Below, one piece after another: positions 18,740 to 28,494 of a stretch of 64,000 nucleotides of DNA. The stretch lies in contig LRSL01000086.1 of assembly GCA_001563335.1 (NCBI GenBank), forward strand, positions 1 to 64,000, read 5' to 3'. The stretch's first letter is position 1; every line of letters begins with the position of its first letter. Both the position numbers and the translations under genes were made by a program. The DNA comes from Candidatus Thorarchaeota archaeon SMTZ1-45 (GTDB taxonomy: Archaea; Asgardarchaeota; Thorarchaeia; Thorarchaeales; Thorarchaeaceae). The notes beneath the pieces were generated by a model that did not search any database, was not told the DNA's origin, and was given only the letters and a program-made list of their open reading frames with translations.

Positions 18740-19420
18740 ATGGTTTGCATCAGATATAGGCAAAGAGTGAGAAAGATGGATTTGAGTAAAAAAGCAATGC
18801 AAATAGTAAGTATCTTGGATAAAACATATCCTGATGCTCCAGCAACATATCTGAACTATAAGAGTCCCTTTGAGATGCTAATTGTAACAATTCTATCAGC
18901 ACGAGCCACAGATGCAGGTGTGAACAAGATCTCTCCAACACTTTTCAAGAAATATCCCACTCCAGAGAAACTGGCAAAAGTGAATCTTGATGAAATTGGC
19001 CAAATCATACGCCCACTTGGAGCCTATAACAAAAAGGCAGGATACATCACTGGAACATCTCGCCTGCTGGTCGAGAAGTTTGATGGCAAGGTCCCTAACA
19101 CATTGAAGGAACTTATCTCATTCCCAGGTGTGAGTAGAAAGACTGCAAACGTTGTGTTGTCAGTTGTCTTTGGAATCAGCGAGGGAATTGTATTGGATAC
19201 ACATGTCATGCGTGTGACTCTTCGACTCGGTCTAAGTGAGCATGAGAATAAACCAGAAAAAATCGAGAAGGATATGATGGAATTGCTTCCAAACAAGTTC
19301 TGGAGCGATTATGCTCGATTAATTGGTGCTCATGGTAGACAAACTTGCAAGTCAAGACGACCAAATTGCACTTCGTGTACACTCAATAAGCTTTGTCCAT
19401 CTGCAGAGCTTGGTAAGTGA
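18740..19420 (+). CDS. nth: endonuclease III
   Basis: PFEMLIVTILSA, FPGVSRKTANVVL, DTHVMR and C-terminal 4Fe-4S cysteines. Confidence 0.92.
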   Translation: MVCIRYRQRVRKMDLSKKAMQIVSILDKTYPDAPATYLNYKSPFEMLIVTILSARATDAGVNKISPTLFKKYPTPEKLAKVNLDEIGQIIRPLGAYNKKAGYITGTSRLLVEKFDGKVPNTLKELISFPGVSRKTANVVLSVVFGISEGIVLDTHVMRVTLRLGLSEHENKPEKIEKDMMELLPNKFWSDYARLIGAHGRQTCKSRRPNCTSCTLNKLCPSAELGK

Positions 19421-19506
19421 TGGGTTGAAGGCGATATCTAGGAAACGACTTATCTAGGTTCCGAATTCACTCAAGTATACATAACTTTGACAGGTGAAGT
19501 CATTCA

Positions 19507-20802
19507 ATGTTAGACATCCGATTCATTCGAGAGAATATCGACCTGATTCGAGATAACCTAAAGCGTCGGCAGGATGATAGGAAACTGAAGGAGTTTGACC
19601 TCCTTCTCAAACTCGATGAGAAAATACGGTGGCTGAAGAGGGACATACAAGACCTCAGAACCCAACGAAACAAAATTTCAAGAGAGATTGGTGAACTGAA
19701 GAAATCGGGCGAGGATGACTCAAAGCTTGTTAAAAAAGTAAACAATGTAAATAAGAAAATCAGATCCATTGAAGCTGAAACAAATGAGCTCGAACAGCAG
19801 CTCAAACGAATTCAGATGAGTATCCCAAACATCCTTCATGAGAGTGTCCCCTATGGTGTTGATGAGGAGGACAATGAAGTTTTAAGAGAGTGGGGTGGTA
19901 GACCCGAGTTCGATTTTGAGTATCACAGTCATGTTGACTTATTGGAAACATTGGATGTGGGAGACATTCCTAGGGCTGCAAGACTTTCAGGATCAAGGTT
20001 CTACTATCTCAAGAATGAACTGGTCTTGCTTGATATCGCAATGCAGCAAATGGCACTTGAAATGCTTGTTGAGAGAGGATTTAGTCCAATCTATCCTCCT
20101 TTCATGATGAAACGTGAACCATATGAGGGTGTAGTAGACCTAGCAGATTTTGAGGATGTTATGTATAAGATAGATGGAGAGGATCTCTATCTCATTGCTA
20201 CATCTGAACACCCGATGGCGGGAATGTACATGGGGGAGATATTTGAACCAACAGACCTTCCTCTCAAACTTGCTGGAGTGAGTGCATGTTTCAGAAAAGA
20301 GGCTGGTTCACACGGCAAAGATACCAAGGGCATCTTCAGAGTACATCAGTTTAACAAAGTCGAGCAATTTGTTTTTAGCCTGCCTGAGGATTCATGGAAT
20401 ATCCATGAGGAACTCATCAAGAACGAAGAGGATTATGTACAGGCACTGAATCTACCATATCGTGTGGTGAATATCTGCACAGGGGATATGGGTATAGTAG
20501 CTGCAAAGAGGATAGATTTAGAATTCTGGTTTCCAGGACAACAGATGTACAGAGAGGGGGGCTCATGTAGTAACTGTACAGCCTACCAAGCAACCAGACT
20601 CAACATCAAATACCGTCTGAAAAAGGGAGGTACTGAGAAAGCGTACCTTCACACATTGAACAGCACCATGATGGCGAATCCACGAACAATGGTGGCAATC
20701 ATTGAAAATTATCAAAAAGAGGATGGAAGTGTAGAAATACCAAAAGCACTACAAAAGTATCTTCCATCAGGAATCAAAGAGATAGTACCTCAGAAGAAAT
20801 GA
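19507..20802 (+). CDS. serS: seryl-tRNA synthetase
   Basis: MLDIRFIREN, LIATSEHP, CFRKEAGSHGKDTKGIFRVHQFNKVEQF, SCSNC, HTLNST. Confidence 0.97.
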   Translation: MLDIRFIRENIDLIRDNLKRRQDDRKLKEFDLLLKLDEKIRWLKRDIQDLRTQRNKISREIGELKKSGEDDSKLVKKVNNVNKKIRSIEAETNELEQQLKRIQMSIPNILHESVPYGVDEEDNEVLREWGGRPEFDFEYHSHVDLLETLDVGDIPRAARLSGSRFYYLKNELVLLDIAMQQMALEMLVERGFSPIYPPFMMKREPYEGVVDLADFEDVMYKIDGEDLYLIATSEHPMAGMYMGEIFEPTDLPLKLAGVSACFRKEAGSHGKDTKGIFRVHQFNKVEQFVFSLPEDSWNIHEELIKNEEDYVQALNLPYRVVNICTGDMGIVAAKRIDLEFWFPGQQMYREGGSCSNCTAYQATRLNIKYRLKKGGTEKAYLHTLNSTMMANPRTMVAIIENYQKEDGSVEIPKALQKYLPSGIKEIVPQKK

Positions 20803-20862
20803 AGTCACGATGCCCATCAAGCTTAATACGGGCTTTCTTGATGCCAAACTTGGGGAACATCA

Positions 20863-21333
20863 TTGACTACTGTACAGCAAACGTTTGAACAACTGGTCTC
20901 CCTTGCAATAAAGAGGGAGGAGGAAGCACACGACTTCTACATGAAGGCGTCAGAAGATTCGGAGCTGAAAGCATCAGCAAAATTGCTCAAGGATCTCGCA
21001 GGCCAGGAGGTTATTCACAAGAAAAAGTTGCAAGAGGCACTCAAGGATGGGGTCTGTGAAACTTTTACTTGCAGTTCTGTTGCAGAAGTGGAGAAGCTAG
21101 ATTTGGATCGATACCTTGTTGACATTCCACTTCTACCTTCATCATCACCACAGGATGTTCTGATTGTAGCAATCAAGAGGGAGGCTGCTGCAAACAGCTT
21201 CTACAAGGCACTTTCTGAACTAACAGGTAATTCTGCACACAGATCAGTCTTTGAAACTTTGGCAAAAGAAGAAGATACTCATAAGACCAGACTACAGAAC
21301 ATGTATGATGATATATTCCAACCAGACATGTGA
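20863..21333 (+). CDS. rubrerythrin/ferritin-like di-iron protein
   Basis: Duplicated AIKRE...FY...ExxH motifs. Confidence 0.85.
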   Translation: MTTVQQTFEQLVSLAIKREEEAHDFYMKASEDSELKASAKLLKDLAGQEVIHKKKLQEALKDGVCETFTCSSVAEVEKLDLDRYLVDIPLLPSSSPQDVLIVAIKREAAANSFYKALSELTGNSAHRSVFETLAKEEDTHKTRLQNMYDDIFQPDM

Positions 21334-21360
21334 GAGGGCTTTTCTAAAGCCCTGTCACAT
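21328..21360. terminator. hairpin between convergent genes
   Basis: ATGTGAgAGGGCTTT / AAAGCCCTgTCACAT inverted repeat. Confidence 0.6.
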
Positions 21361-21368
21361 TCTATTTA

Positions 21369-22652
21369 TTATTTCATCATGTGCAATTTTTGTGCAGCTA
21401 TGAATGTCAGACCACGTTTGGTCAGTTCTTCTGCAGTGCGGTTTAATGCGTGATGTTTGTCAAGATAGTTCTGAGTTAGTAGAGGCATATGACCTTGTTC
21501 TTCTATCTCACTCTTTTGTCGGAAGTAGTCGAGGATGTCACTGGGATATTCACGGTTTGCATCTATCTCAGGAACACCACCTTCGTGCTTTGCACTGATG
21601 TTCTTCACATGGTCTGCAATATCAAGAAGCTCAGGTAGTCGGTCATATGGTTGTCGAACGATGTTCTTGTAAGTTTCAGTGATGTGGTGTTCCAATCTAA
21701 CAACATTCTCGAATCCAAAGTCTTCACGGATGTAGGCTGCAAGTTCAAGGGTTTTGTTGTCAACACTGTTTGAAAGATTGAATCCTATCAGAGGACTTGT
21801 ACCATCTTCCCTACTGAACAGCTTTGCAGTCATAAGTGTCCATAGACATGCATATGGGTTATCATTACCTACAAAGACGGATATCTTGAATTCCATATCT
21901 ATACCAAGCTTGTGCATCATATAGCCTACTAGAATGCTTCCAAGATTGACGTTGAGCACCTGTTTCACACCATACTTTGTGTAGTAGTTTAGATATTCAT
22001 CAGCCCACTTCAATGGAAACTTATTTGGCATCCCAACGCCGCCAAAGTAGCCTGTAATCGTATCGGGACCTCCAAGATGAACGTTTACAGGAGCACCATC
22101 TGGACCTGGGTAGGTGCCTTTGGTGTCTAATGTTTCAACATACGATGCACCCACAATTTGCATACCTGCTGCAAATGCAATGACTTGGTTATCGGCTGTC
22201 TGTTCAGCCATATTCCGAACTCGAATAAATCTACCAGGCATGAGTTCTTGTTTTTCAATCGATTGCTTGGCTTCTTCAATGAGCCAAGGGAAATACTGGC
22301 AAGCACTAATCTCTAAAGTGACCGCAAATCTATCGTCAAATTTCATATTATTGGCTTTGTTCCCAAGTATTTTGCGTCGGTATTCGGGTATAGAGATGAA
22401 AGCACCATCATCGCGTTGTTCCTGTAGCCAAGTGAGATCTTTCACATAGGTGGAATCTTTTGTTTCGAGTTGTGCCAAGAGATTCTCAAGTTTTCTCGCC
22501 TCCTCTGCTCTCTTGTTTATCTCATGCACACCGCCATATTTCTCAATCACATCAATTAGTCCAGTGACAAGAGGATTGTCTTCCTGCATTAGAAAATCGT
22601 TGATCTCATTGAGTCGTTTTGGATCAATCATCAAAGCTGTTCTATCAATCAT
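21369..22652 (-). CDS. hypothetical protein, enzyme-like
   Basis: 427-aa ORF with motif-like segments (LEISACQYFPW, HLGGPDTITGYFGG, SAKHEGG); no family recognised. Confidence 0.75.
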   Translation of the reverse strand: MIDRTALMIDPKRLNEINDFLMQEDNPLVTGLIDVIEKYGGVHEINKRAEEARKLENLLAQLETKDSTYVKDLTWLQEQRDDGAFISIPEYRRKILGNKANNMKFDDRFAVTLEISACQYFPWLIEEAKQSIEKQELMPGRFIRVRNMAEQTADNQVIAFAAGMQIVGASYVETLDTKGTYPGPDGAPVNVHLGGPDTITGYFGGVGMPNKFPLKWADEYLNYYTKYGVKQVLNVNLGSILVGYMMHKLGIDMEFKISVFVGNDNPYACLWTLMTAKLFSREDGTSPLIGFNLSNSVDNKTLELAAYIREDFGFENVVRLEHHITETYKNIVRQPYDRLPELLDIADHVKNISAKHEGGVPEIDANREYPSDILDYFRQKSEIEEQGHMPLLTQNYLDKHHALNRTAEELTKRGLTFIAAQKLHMMK

Positions 22653-22786
22653 GGCTTACCCATCCAGTAATGATTATTGATTAGTTGAACTTTATTCAAG
22701 TTAGGTCCCTATCAGTAGCTCACCCCTAAAAAGGGATTCTGCATTTTTTGGACGCAATCTTCTCCAGGTATCTAATCAAATATCGT

Positions 22787-23749
22787 CTATTGATAACATC
22801 TAATTGGTGCAAGAAGCTTCGGATAGTGGTAATGTAATAATCTACGCATCTCAAAGCAGAGATGGCATTCATTAACGAATGTTGAATTTGGTTCTAGCCC
22901 ATGTTGTAGAGCTAATTGATAGAGACCTATCGGACCAGTTTCCGCCAATATACGAATGATTGGATGATTGCTGTATGAATAGCTGTTGAGGGAGTCTGAG
23001 AGTGAGTTTCTCTTCGCGTTCCCAATGCATATTCCTGGGCACAGGGTGATATTTCCTTCAAAGTCTATCTCAATCACTTCAGGACTTCGCAAGTCGCCTC
23101 CTAGCCAGAAGGGTAGGATGCATTTCCCATGGGGAATTTCGGGAGACATTTCAGCATAACCGATCAGTGATTTAGCCCCTCTTCCCTCAAAGTCGACTGG
23201 ATATAATGACTGCTCTATGCCTTCTATGTCTTGCACCTCTCTAAGAGATGCCTTTGTCAACTGATCATAGGGGTTTTTGGACTCAAGTGACTTCATGTAG
23301 TAACTATCCACCCATACCTTCTCAAGACCAAGAAAGACTGCCGCTTCGATGCCAAGCTTAACATTTCTGATATCGATATATTGCTGATGAAACCCGTCAA
23401 CGCTAAAGGTAAGCGTGTTCAGGCCTGCGTCTATAAGCTCCTTGAGCGTCTTTCTGGCCACATGAGATGTCCTTGCCCAGAACCCATTTGTTATGGATCC
23501 TCTTCGTGGAACACCTAAATCTTTCGCGATTGTTAGCATTGCCTTCATATCATCTAGGTAGAGAAATGGTTCACCACCATGAAGTGTCAGCCATTCAAAT
23601 TGTTTATTTTCTGCTAGGTCAGAGAGCCACTGCTCAGCGTCATCAAGACTGATATGACCTACTTGCTCTGGACCTGCGTTGTACGCACAGTGATCACATT
23701 TAGATGGGCATCGGAATGTGATCAAAAGACTAGCTCCACGTACCTGCAT
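22787..23749 (-). CDS. radical SAM protein
   Basis: CPSKCDHC, HGGEPF, ITNGFW, SVDGFH and C-terminal cysteines. Confidence 0.9.
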   Translation of the reverse strand: MQVRGASLLITFRCPSKCDHCAYNAGPEQVGHISLDDAEQWLSDLAENKQFEWLTLHGGEPFLYLDDMKAMLTIAKDLGVPRRGSITNGFWARTSHVARKTLKELIDAGLNTLTFSVDGFHQQYIDIRNVKLGIEAAVFLGLEKVWVDSYYMKSLESKNPYDQLTKASLREVQDIEGIEQSLYPVDFEGRGAKSLIGYAEMSPEIPHGKCILPFWLGGDLRSPEVIEIDFEGNITLCPGICIGNAKRNSLSDSLNSYSYSNHPIIRILAETGPIGLYQLALQHGLEPNSTFVNECHLCFEMRRLLHYHYPKLLAPIRCYQ

Positions 23750-23797
23750 CTTCTACCTCCACCCCAACTCCTAATTCTTATAATCGCTCGATAAAAG

Positions 23798-24418
23798 TTA
23801 AGTCAAATCCTTAGGTGTTTGGACATCCTCCTCAATCCACGAATCTGAAGATTCTGTTTCATAGATGTAATCACGAAGAAAGCCCCTAATGGCAGGACCT
23901 ACTGTGGCGGTGATGATTGAACCCGCGGTCACCTGTATCCAGTTCAATGTAATTAGTTCTGCAAATGCTACTCCTAGTGCCACCAAAAAAGAATAGTCCA
24001 AAAGAACAAACAAGAATATCTCACCAATAAAGTAGCCAAGCATCATCACTAGCGAAGCAACGACCAAACCGACTATGTCCAATTTTGTTAGGCGACTAGT
24101 CATCCCAACTTGGCGGCTCGCTAATCCTACAATCATTCCTTCACACCCTTTTACAACAAACGTAATCGGTGCAAATTGGATATAACCTAAAGTCACATCA
24201 GCCACTGCTGAACCAACGCCTCCCGCAAAAAAACCACCGAGAGGCCCAAGTAGAAGTCCACTCAGCATTACAAGTGCATCGCCAAAATTCAAGAAACCAG
24301 TGCTCGTTGGGAACGGAACAACTATTATCATGGTGGCAGCAGTAGTTAAAGCAGTCAGAATAACCAGAAGCGCCACGAACAGTGTTCTATTTTGTGTTTT
24401 GGGTTTGAAGAGCTCCAA
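23798..24418 (-). CDS. ECF transporter S component
   Basis: GFLNFGD, GGVGSAVAD, APITFVVKGCEG. Confidence 0.88.
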   Translation of the reverse strand: MELFKPKTQNRTLFVALLVILTALTTAATMIIVVPFPTSTGFLNFGDALVMLSGLLLGPLGGFFAGGVGSAVADVTLGYIQFAPITFVVKGCEGMIVGLASRQVGMTSRLTKLDIVGLVVASLVMMLGYFIGEIFLFVLLDYSFLVALGVAFAELITLNWIQVTAGSIITATVGPAIRGFLRDYIYETESSDSWIEEDVQTPKDLT

Positions 24419-24957
24419 TTATCATCATCCTCTCGAAATAAGTACTTGCTGAAGATAATCAAATCCTCGCCATAGTAATGACTTCGCAGGAACCCCTCTT
24501 TTCTGTAGCCAAGACTTTGATACAGCTGAATTGCCTCAGTCATTACCCATGCAGTTACTAAGAAAAGTTTGTGATTCCCATTCTTGATTGCTATAGACTC
24601 TAAGGTTTCAAGTAGCTCAGTGCCGATGCCACGACATTGATACATAGGATGAACTCCAAAAGAACTTACCCGCATACTCTCATGTTCTTCGAAGCCTGTC
24701 ACAGTTCCAACGACATCATTGCCAATTTCTGCAATGAGAACTTGAGATGCTGATAGAATGCGATCACGAATTATCCATGGTTTGGAAATAGTTCTATCAA
24801 CAGCTTTCTTTGGATATCCCCTCGATATGAGAGGATAGAATGCAGCCTGCATTACTCGATAGATCGCAAGAGCATCCTCTAATGTGGCTTTCCTGATTTT
24901 GAATGCGGGCTCTGATTTGATTTGAACTGTGTCACCAAGATCAATGAAAGACACCAT
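24355..24957 (-). CDS. GNAT N-acetyltransferase
   Basis: VHPMYQCRGIG and AIQLYQSLGY; the ORF's 3' end overlaps the next gene. Confidence 0.85.
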   Translation of the reverse strand: MVSFIDLGDTVQIKSEPAFKIRKATLEDALAIYRVMQAAFYPLISRGYPKKAVDRTISKPWIIRDRILSASQVLIAEIGNDVVGTVTGFEEHESMRVSSFGVHPMYQCRGIGTELLETLESIAIKNGNHKLFLVTAWVMTEAIQLYQSLGYRKEGFLRSHYYGEDLIIFSKYLFREDDDNWSSSNPKHKIEHCSWRFWLF

Positions 24958-25053
24958 AGTTGCTATTCTCCAAGTGAGGTTTGCTTACTTCAACAAGTAT
25001 GGTTTTTGAAAAATTATATATAATTTTGAGCCTATATATAGGCCAGATATGTA

Positions 25054-26547
25054 ATGTCGTGCCTTTTTTCTTTCAAATGCTCAAGATGTAATCAAACACA
25101 TGACTCTGACTTGTATGCTCCTAGATGCACGAGTTGTGGAGGAGTGTTACGTGTAGAGTATGATATTGAATGTGTAAAAGAAAAACTTGGAAAGAACGGG
25201 TTTGAGAGAAGGACATCAGGAGTATGGAAGTATCATGAGTTATTGCCTGTACTGGACAAGACCAATCTTGTATCTCTTGGGGAGGGTGGGACTTACCTAC
25301 ATAGATGTTATGGTCTAGCTGAAAAACTGGGCTTAGATGAGTTATACCTGAAAGACGAAACAACTAACCCTACTGGTGCGTTCATAGACAGAGGAACTGC
25401 AGTGGAGGTTACTGTAGCAAGACAGAGGGGGTACAATTCAGTCTGCTGTGGGACTACAGGAAATTTGGCAGTTTCACTCGTTGCATATGCTGCAAGAGCA
25501 GGATTGGAAAGTAAGGTGTTCATTGGACAAAAAGGTCATGTTGATTCAGGTAAACTCTACCAGATTCTAGCATATGCAGCTCAGGTTGAAATTGTGAGAG
25601 ATCGAGAAGAAGCTCTATCTCGAGCATGGCAAGAAAGTAAACAGAGTCACTCTGTTGTGCCCAGCAATCCACACTTTCTTGAGGGGGTTAAGACTACAAT
25701 CTTGGAAACATGTGAACAGTTGGACTGGGAAACACCAGATTGGGTGATAGCGCCGATGGGAAACGGTGGACATATCTCAATGATATGGAAAGGACTTGTT
25801 GAACTAAAGGAGCTTGGACTAGTTCCAAAACTGGATGTTAGGTTAGTAGGAGCACAAGCAAGGGGATGTTCACCGATTGTAGAAGCATTCGAAAAAGGTA
25901 GCAAGAAGATAATTCCATCTAGTCATGTTTCAACTGTTGCCATTGACATTGGTGTCAGAGATCCTTCTTGCGGAAACATGGCTCTCGACTCTTTGGAGCA
26001 ATCAAAGGGATTGGCTGTATCCGTAACTGATAGGGAGATTCTCGAAGCGGTAAAAGACTTGGCTCGATTGGAAGGTGTGTTTGCTGAGCCAGCTTCAGCG
26101 ACAACAATAGCAGTGCTGCAAAAACTTGTAAATGAGGGTCGAATTGACAGGGGTGACAGAATTGTCTGTGCTATTACTGGAATGGGGTTAAAATATCCAG
26201 AGATAACACGCACATTCGTAAAAGGTAAGAGTACCTTAGAGTACTTTCTGAGCCACGTGGAGGGGCGTCGTTTTACAACAAAACTTGGTCAAACAAAAGT
26301 ACGAATATTGCAGATTCTTTCAAGAGGAGAGTCTTATGGTTATGCAATCTGGAAATCAATGGTAGATGACTACGGTTTTCGAATCAAAATCCCAAGTATC
26401 TACCAGCATATCTCTGAACTGAAAAATAGTGGGCTTATCGTCCAGACAAGAACCGAGGAAACCTACAGAAAGACTTCCAGAAATTATTATGGTCTGACTG
26501 AGAGAGGGCATCTAACACTTGACCAACTTGAGAAACTATCAGAATAG
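25054..26547 (+). CDS. threonine synthase-like protein lacking the PLP lysine, fused to a C-terminal PadR-like wHTH
   Basis: N-terminal Zn ribbon, LGEGGT, NPTGAFIDRG, TGNLA, EGVFAEPASA; C-terminal ILQILSRGESYGYAIW...IYQHISELKNSGLI...YYGLTERG. Confidence 0.85.
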   Translation: MSCLFSFKCSRCNQTHDSDLYAPRCTSCGGVLRVEYDIECVKEKLGKNGFERRTSGVWKYHELLPVLDKTNLVSLGEGGTYLHRCYGLAEKLGLDELYLKDETTNPTGAFIDRGTAVEVTVARQRGYNSVCCGTTGNLAVSLVAYAARAGLESKVFIGQKGHVDSGKLYQILAYAAQVEIVRDREEALSRAWQESKQSHSVVPSNPHFLEGVKTTILETCEQLDWETPDWVIAPMGNGGHISMIWKGLVELKELGLVPKLDVRLVGAQARGCSPIVEAFEKGSKKIIPSSHVSTVAIDIGVRDPSCGNMALDSLEQSKGLAVSVTDREILEAVKDLARLEGVFAEPASATTIAVLQKLVNEGRIDRGDRIVCAITGMGLKYPEITRTFVKGKSTLEYFLSHVEGRRFTTKLGQTKVRILQILSRGESYGYAIWKSMVDDYGFRIKIPSIYQHISELKNSGLIVQTRTEETYRKTSRNYYGLTERGHLTLDQLEKLSE

Positions 26548-26672
26548 GATTATTTCTGGAAAGAGTCGCGCAGCGTGGGTGTATAGGAGAAGTGTTTTAA
26601 CATCTAATACGTTATTAACCTCACAGCGGTTCGAGCAGTATTGCTGGACTTGGCAGATTGAGGTAGAGAACA

Positions 26673-27053
26673 ATGTCCAAGAAATGGATACAGAGTGATG
26701 ATTGGAAAACCGAAAAACATGTACCTGTAATTGAAATCATGAAGGTTGAGGATGGAAAAGCCTTCGTCAAAGTGTCTGTTGGCAAGGAGATTGCACATCC
26801 AAACACAACAGCCCACCATATCAAATGGATGGATCTCTTTTTCTGGCCAGAAGGAGATAAGTTTCCAGTGGAGATCGGTTACGCAACCTTCGACCATCAT
26901 GGTGAGTCAGCTCAGGGACCAGACACTAGTGGAATTTACAGCGAGCCCGTTACTAAGTTTGTCTTCAAGACTGGCAAACCAGGTACCTTGATGGCTACAG
27001 CTTATTGCAACATTCATGGTCTCTGGAAGAGTGAAGCTGAACTTACACTCTAA
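26673..27053 (+). CDS. superoxide reductase-like (neelaredoxin / class II SORL)
   Basis: EKHVP, HPNTTAHHI, YCNIHGLW. Confidence 0.92.
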   Translation: MSKKWIQSDDWKTEKHVPVIEIMKVEDGKAFVKVSVGKEIAHPNTTAHHIKWMDLFFWPEGDKFPVEIGYATFDHHGESAQGPDTSGIYSEPVTKFVFKTGKPGTLMATAYCNIHGLWKSEAELTL

Positions 27054-27077
27054 GACTCAATCATGAGTTTGATTAAA

Positions 27078-27102
27078 ATGGGCCTACCACGGTAGTGCCC
27101 AT
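27078..27102. terminator. hairpin between convergent genes
   Basis: ATGGGC-CTAC-cacg-GTAG-t-GCCCAT followed by T-rich sequence. Confidence 0.5.
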
Positions 27103-27147
27103 CATCATTTTCTTCGTTATTTCATTCTTTGAGAGCATTGGAGTCAG

Positions 27148-27405
27148 TTATTCGCGGTCCTTGGTTTTTGATGTTTCAGAAAGGACCGCCCGCCATATTG
27201 TATGACCATCAGAAAGTCCAGCTGCTGTCATTCTCTTTCCCAAATGAAGAGCAAAATCGCCTGACTCAAAATCAACAGGTACTGCTTCCCAAGGCATGAT
27301 AGCAGAGAGTTTGTACTCAGTTCCATCATCTGATGTAATGACATATTGGTCCATTGTTCTGGAAACAATCCCTGTGAGTGACACTTCCTTCATTTCGTCA
27401 TTCAT
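27148..27405 (-). CDS. small hypothetical protein, possibly OB-fold
   Basis: 85-aa ORF with beta-rich pattern (VSLTGIV, YVITSDDGTEYKL). Confidence 0.65.
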   Translation of the reverse strand: MNDEMKEVSLTGIVSRTMDQYVITSDDGTEYKLSAIMPWEAVPVDFESGDFALHLGKRMTAAGLSDGHTIWRAVLSETSKTKDRE

Positions 27406-27515
27406 AGGTATTCAATTCCCACTATGATAGTCACATTATGTGACTTCGTCCTGTGACCCCTATACGTGGCTTCGGTATATATACTAAATCTGAGCAGTAT
27501 TTCTTGTGAAATATC

Positions 27516-27620
27516 ATGGCTCTAACAACTAACTCACGAAATTCATCGGTAATGGAGAAAACCAAGGCTCATGTCATGTCGACTGATGCCTTGACCCATG
27601 CATACACCTATCGGAGGTAG
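27516..27620 (+). CDS. 34-aa peptide MALTTNSRNSSVMEKTKAHVMSTDALTHAYTYRR
   Basis: TATATATA ~35 nt upstream; shares its C-terminal motif with the next ORF. Confidence 0.6.
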   Translation: MALTTNSRNSSVMEKTKAHVMSTDALTHAYTYRR

Positions 27621-27627
27621 ATTCGAG

Positions 27628-27714
27628 ATGGCGTTTGCTAAGAAACAGAACAAGAGAATCTACAAGAAACAAATCTCGACGGATGCCCTTGCCTATTCAT
27701 ATCTCTACAGGTAG
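27628..27714 (+). CDS. 28-aa peptide MAFAKKQNKRIYKKQISTDALAYSYLYR
   Basis: GGAGGT RBS overlapping the previous stop; STDAL encoded with synonymous codon differences from the first copy. Confidence 0.65.
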   Translation: MAFAKKQNKRIYKKQISTDALAYSYLYR

Positions 27715-27723
27715 TTGGTAATT

Positions 27724-27822
27724 ATGATAAGCGTTTCAAAGAAATTCTTCAGTTCATACAAGGATAATGCAAAACGTCGTTGTCACACAAAAAATGAAGT
27801 GCTTATGATGGAAGTAACATGA
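27724..27822 (+). CDS. possible 32-aa peptide MISVSKKFFSSYKDNAKRRCHTKNEVLMMEVT
   Basis: Starts 9 nt after the previous stop and ends inside the terminal hairpin. Confidence 0.35.
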   Translation: MISVSKKFFSSYKDNAKRRCHTKNEVLMMEVT

Positions 27823-27831
27823 GCACTTCAT
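27794..27831. terminator. long inverted repeat closing the peptide unit
   Basis: ATGAAGTGCTTATG / CATGAGCACTTCAT. Confidence 0.6.
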
Positions 27832-27858
27832 GTTGATTTTATCACCAATATAAGTGTC

Positions 27859-28494
27859 CTAATCATCAGATCGTATAATCCATCTGACCAATTCAGCAAT
27901 CATCTGATTTTCATCCATAAATTGTGCTCTATAGTCTGAACGTTTGAATGCAAGTAGGACATTCTGCATTCCGGGATCAAAGCCTATGATGCTAACTGCT
28001 TTTTCAATCACATTTGGTCTAAATGCGATTGATGTTAGTAATAAAGAAACTCCAAAAAGACCAATGAGTAGGACGGGCCAAAAGTCAATCGGACGAGCTC
28101 TTGAAATCCTATCACCAATTAGAAAGACACTAAAAATTGCGAAGGCCATGAGCAGACCATCAACAATCAAACAGAGAGATTGGTATCTGTCAGTGCCATC
28201 ATCAGGATTTGCATGATTCTCGCACACTTGGATTGGCAGAACTTTCATTTCAGATGGTTTAGAGTCACCTCTAAATCGCGTGTAGGGGCTGTAGACATAT
28301 TGCCAAGAGCGTCTAAGATATTGTTTTCCAGTTTTTGCAACCTTCAGACGTACAACCTTGGTGGCCGGTGCGCCGCAAACTGGACATGTTTTAGGAAACC
28401 GTGCTTTTAGAAAATCAACTTTGACAAGTGGTTCATCAAAGTACTCTTTTCTAGGACTCAATCTCTGGGTCTCCATTTTATAGCTCTTAATCAA
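27859..28494 (-). CDS. membrane protein with Zn-binding motif and two TM helices
   Basis: FPKTCPVCG...VCENH, followed by two hydrophobic helices. Confidence 0.75.
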   Translation of the reverse strand: MIKSYKMETQRLSPRKEYFDEPLVKVDFLKARFPKTCPVCGAPATKVVRLKVAKTGKQYLRRSWQYVYSPYTRFRGDSKPSEMKVLPIQVCENHANPDDGTDRYQSLCLIVDGLLMAFAIFSVFLIGDRISRARPIDFWPVLLIGLFGVSLLLTSIAFRPNVIEKAVSIIGFDPGMQNVLLAFKRSDYRAQFMDENQMIAELVRWIIRSDD

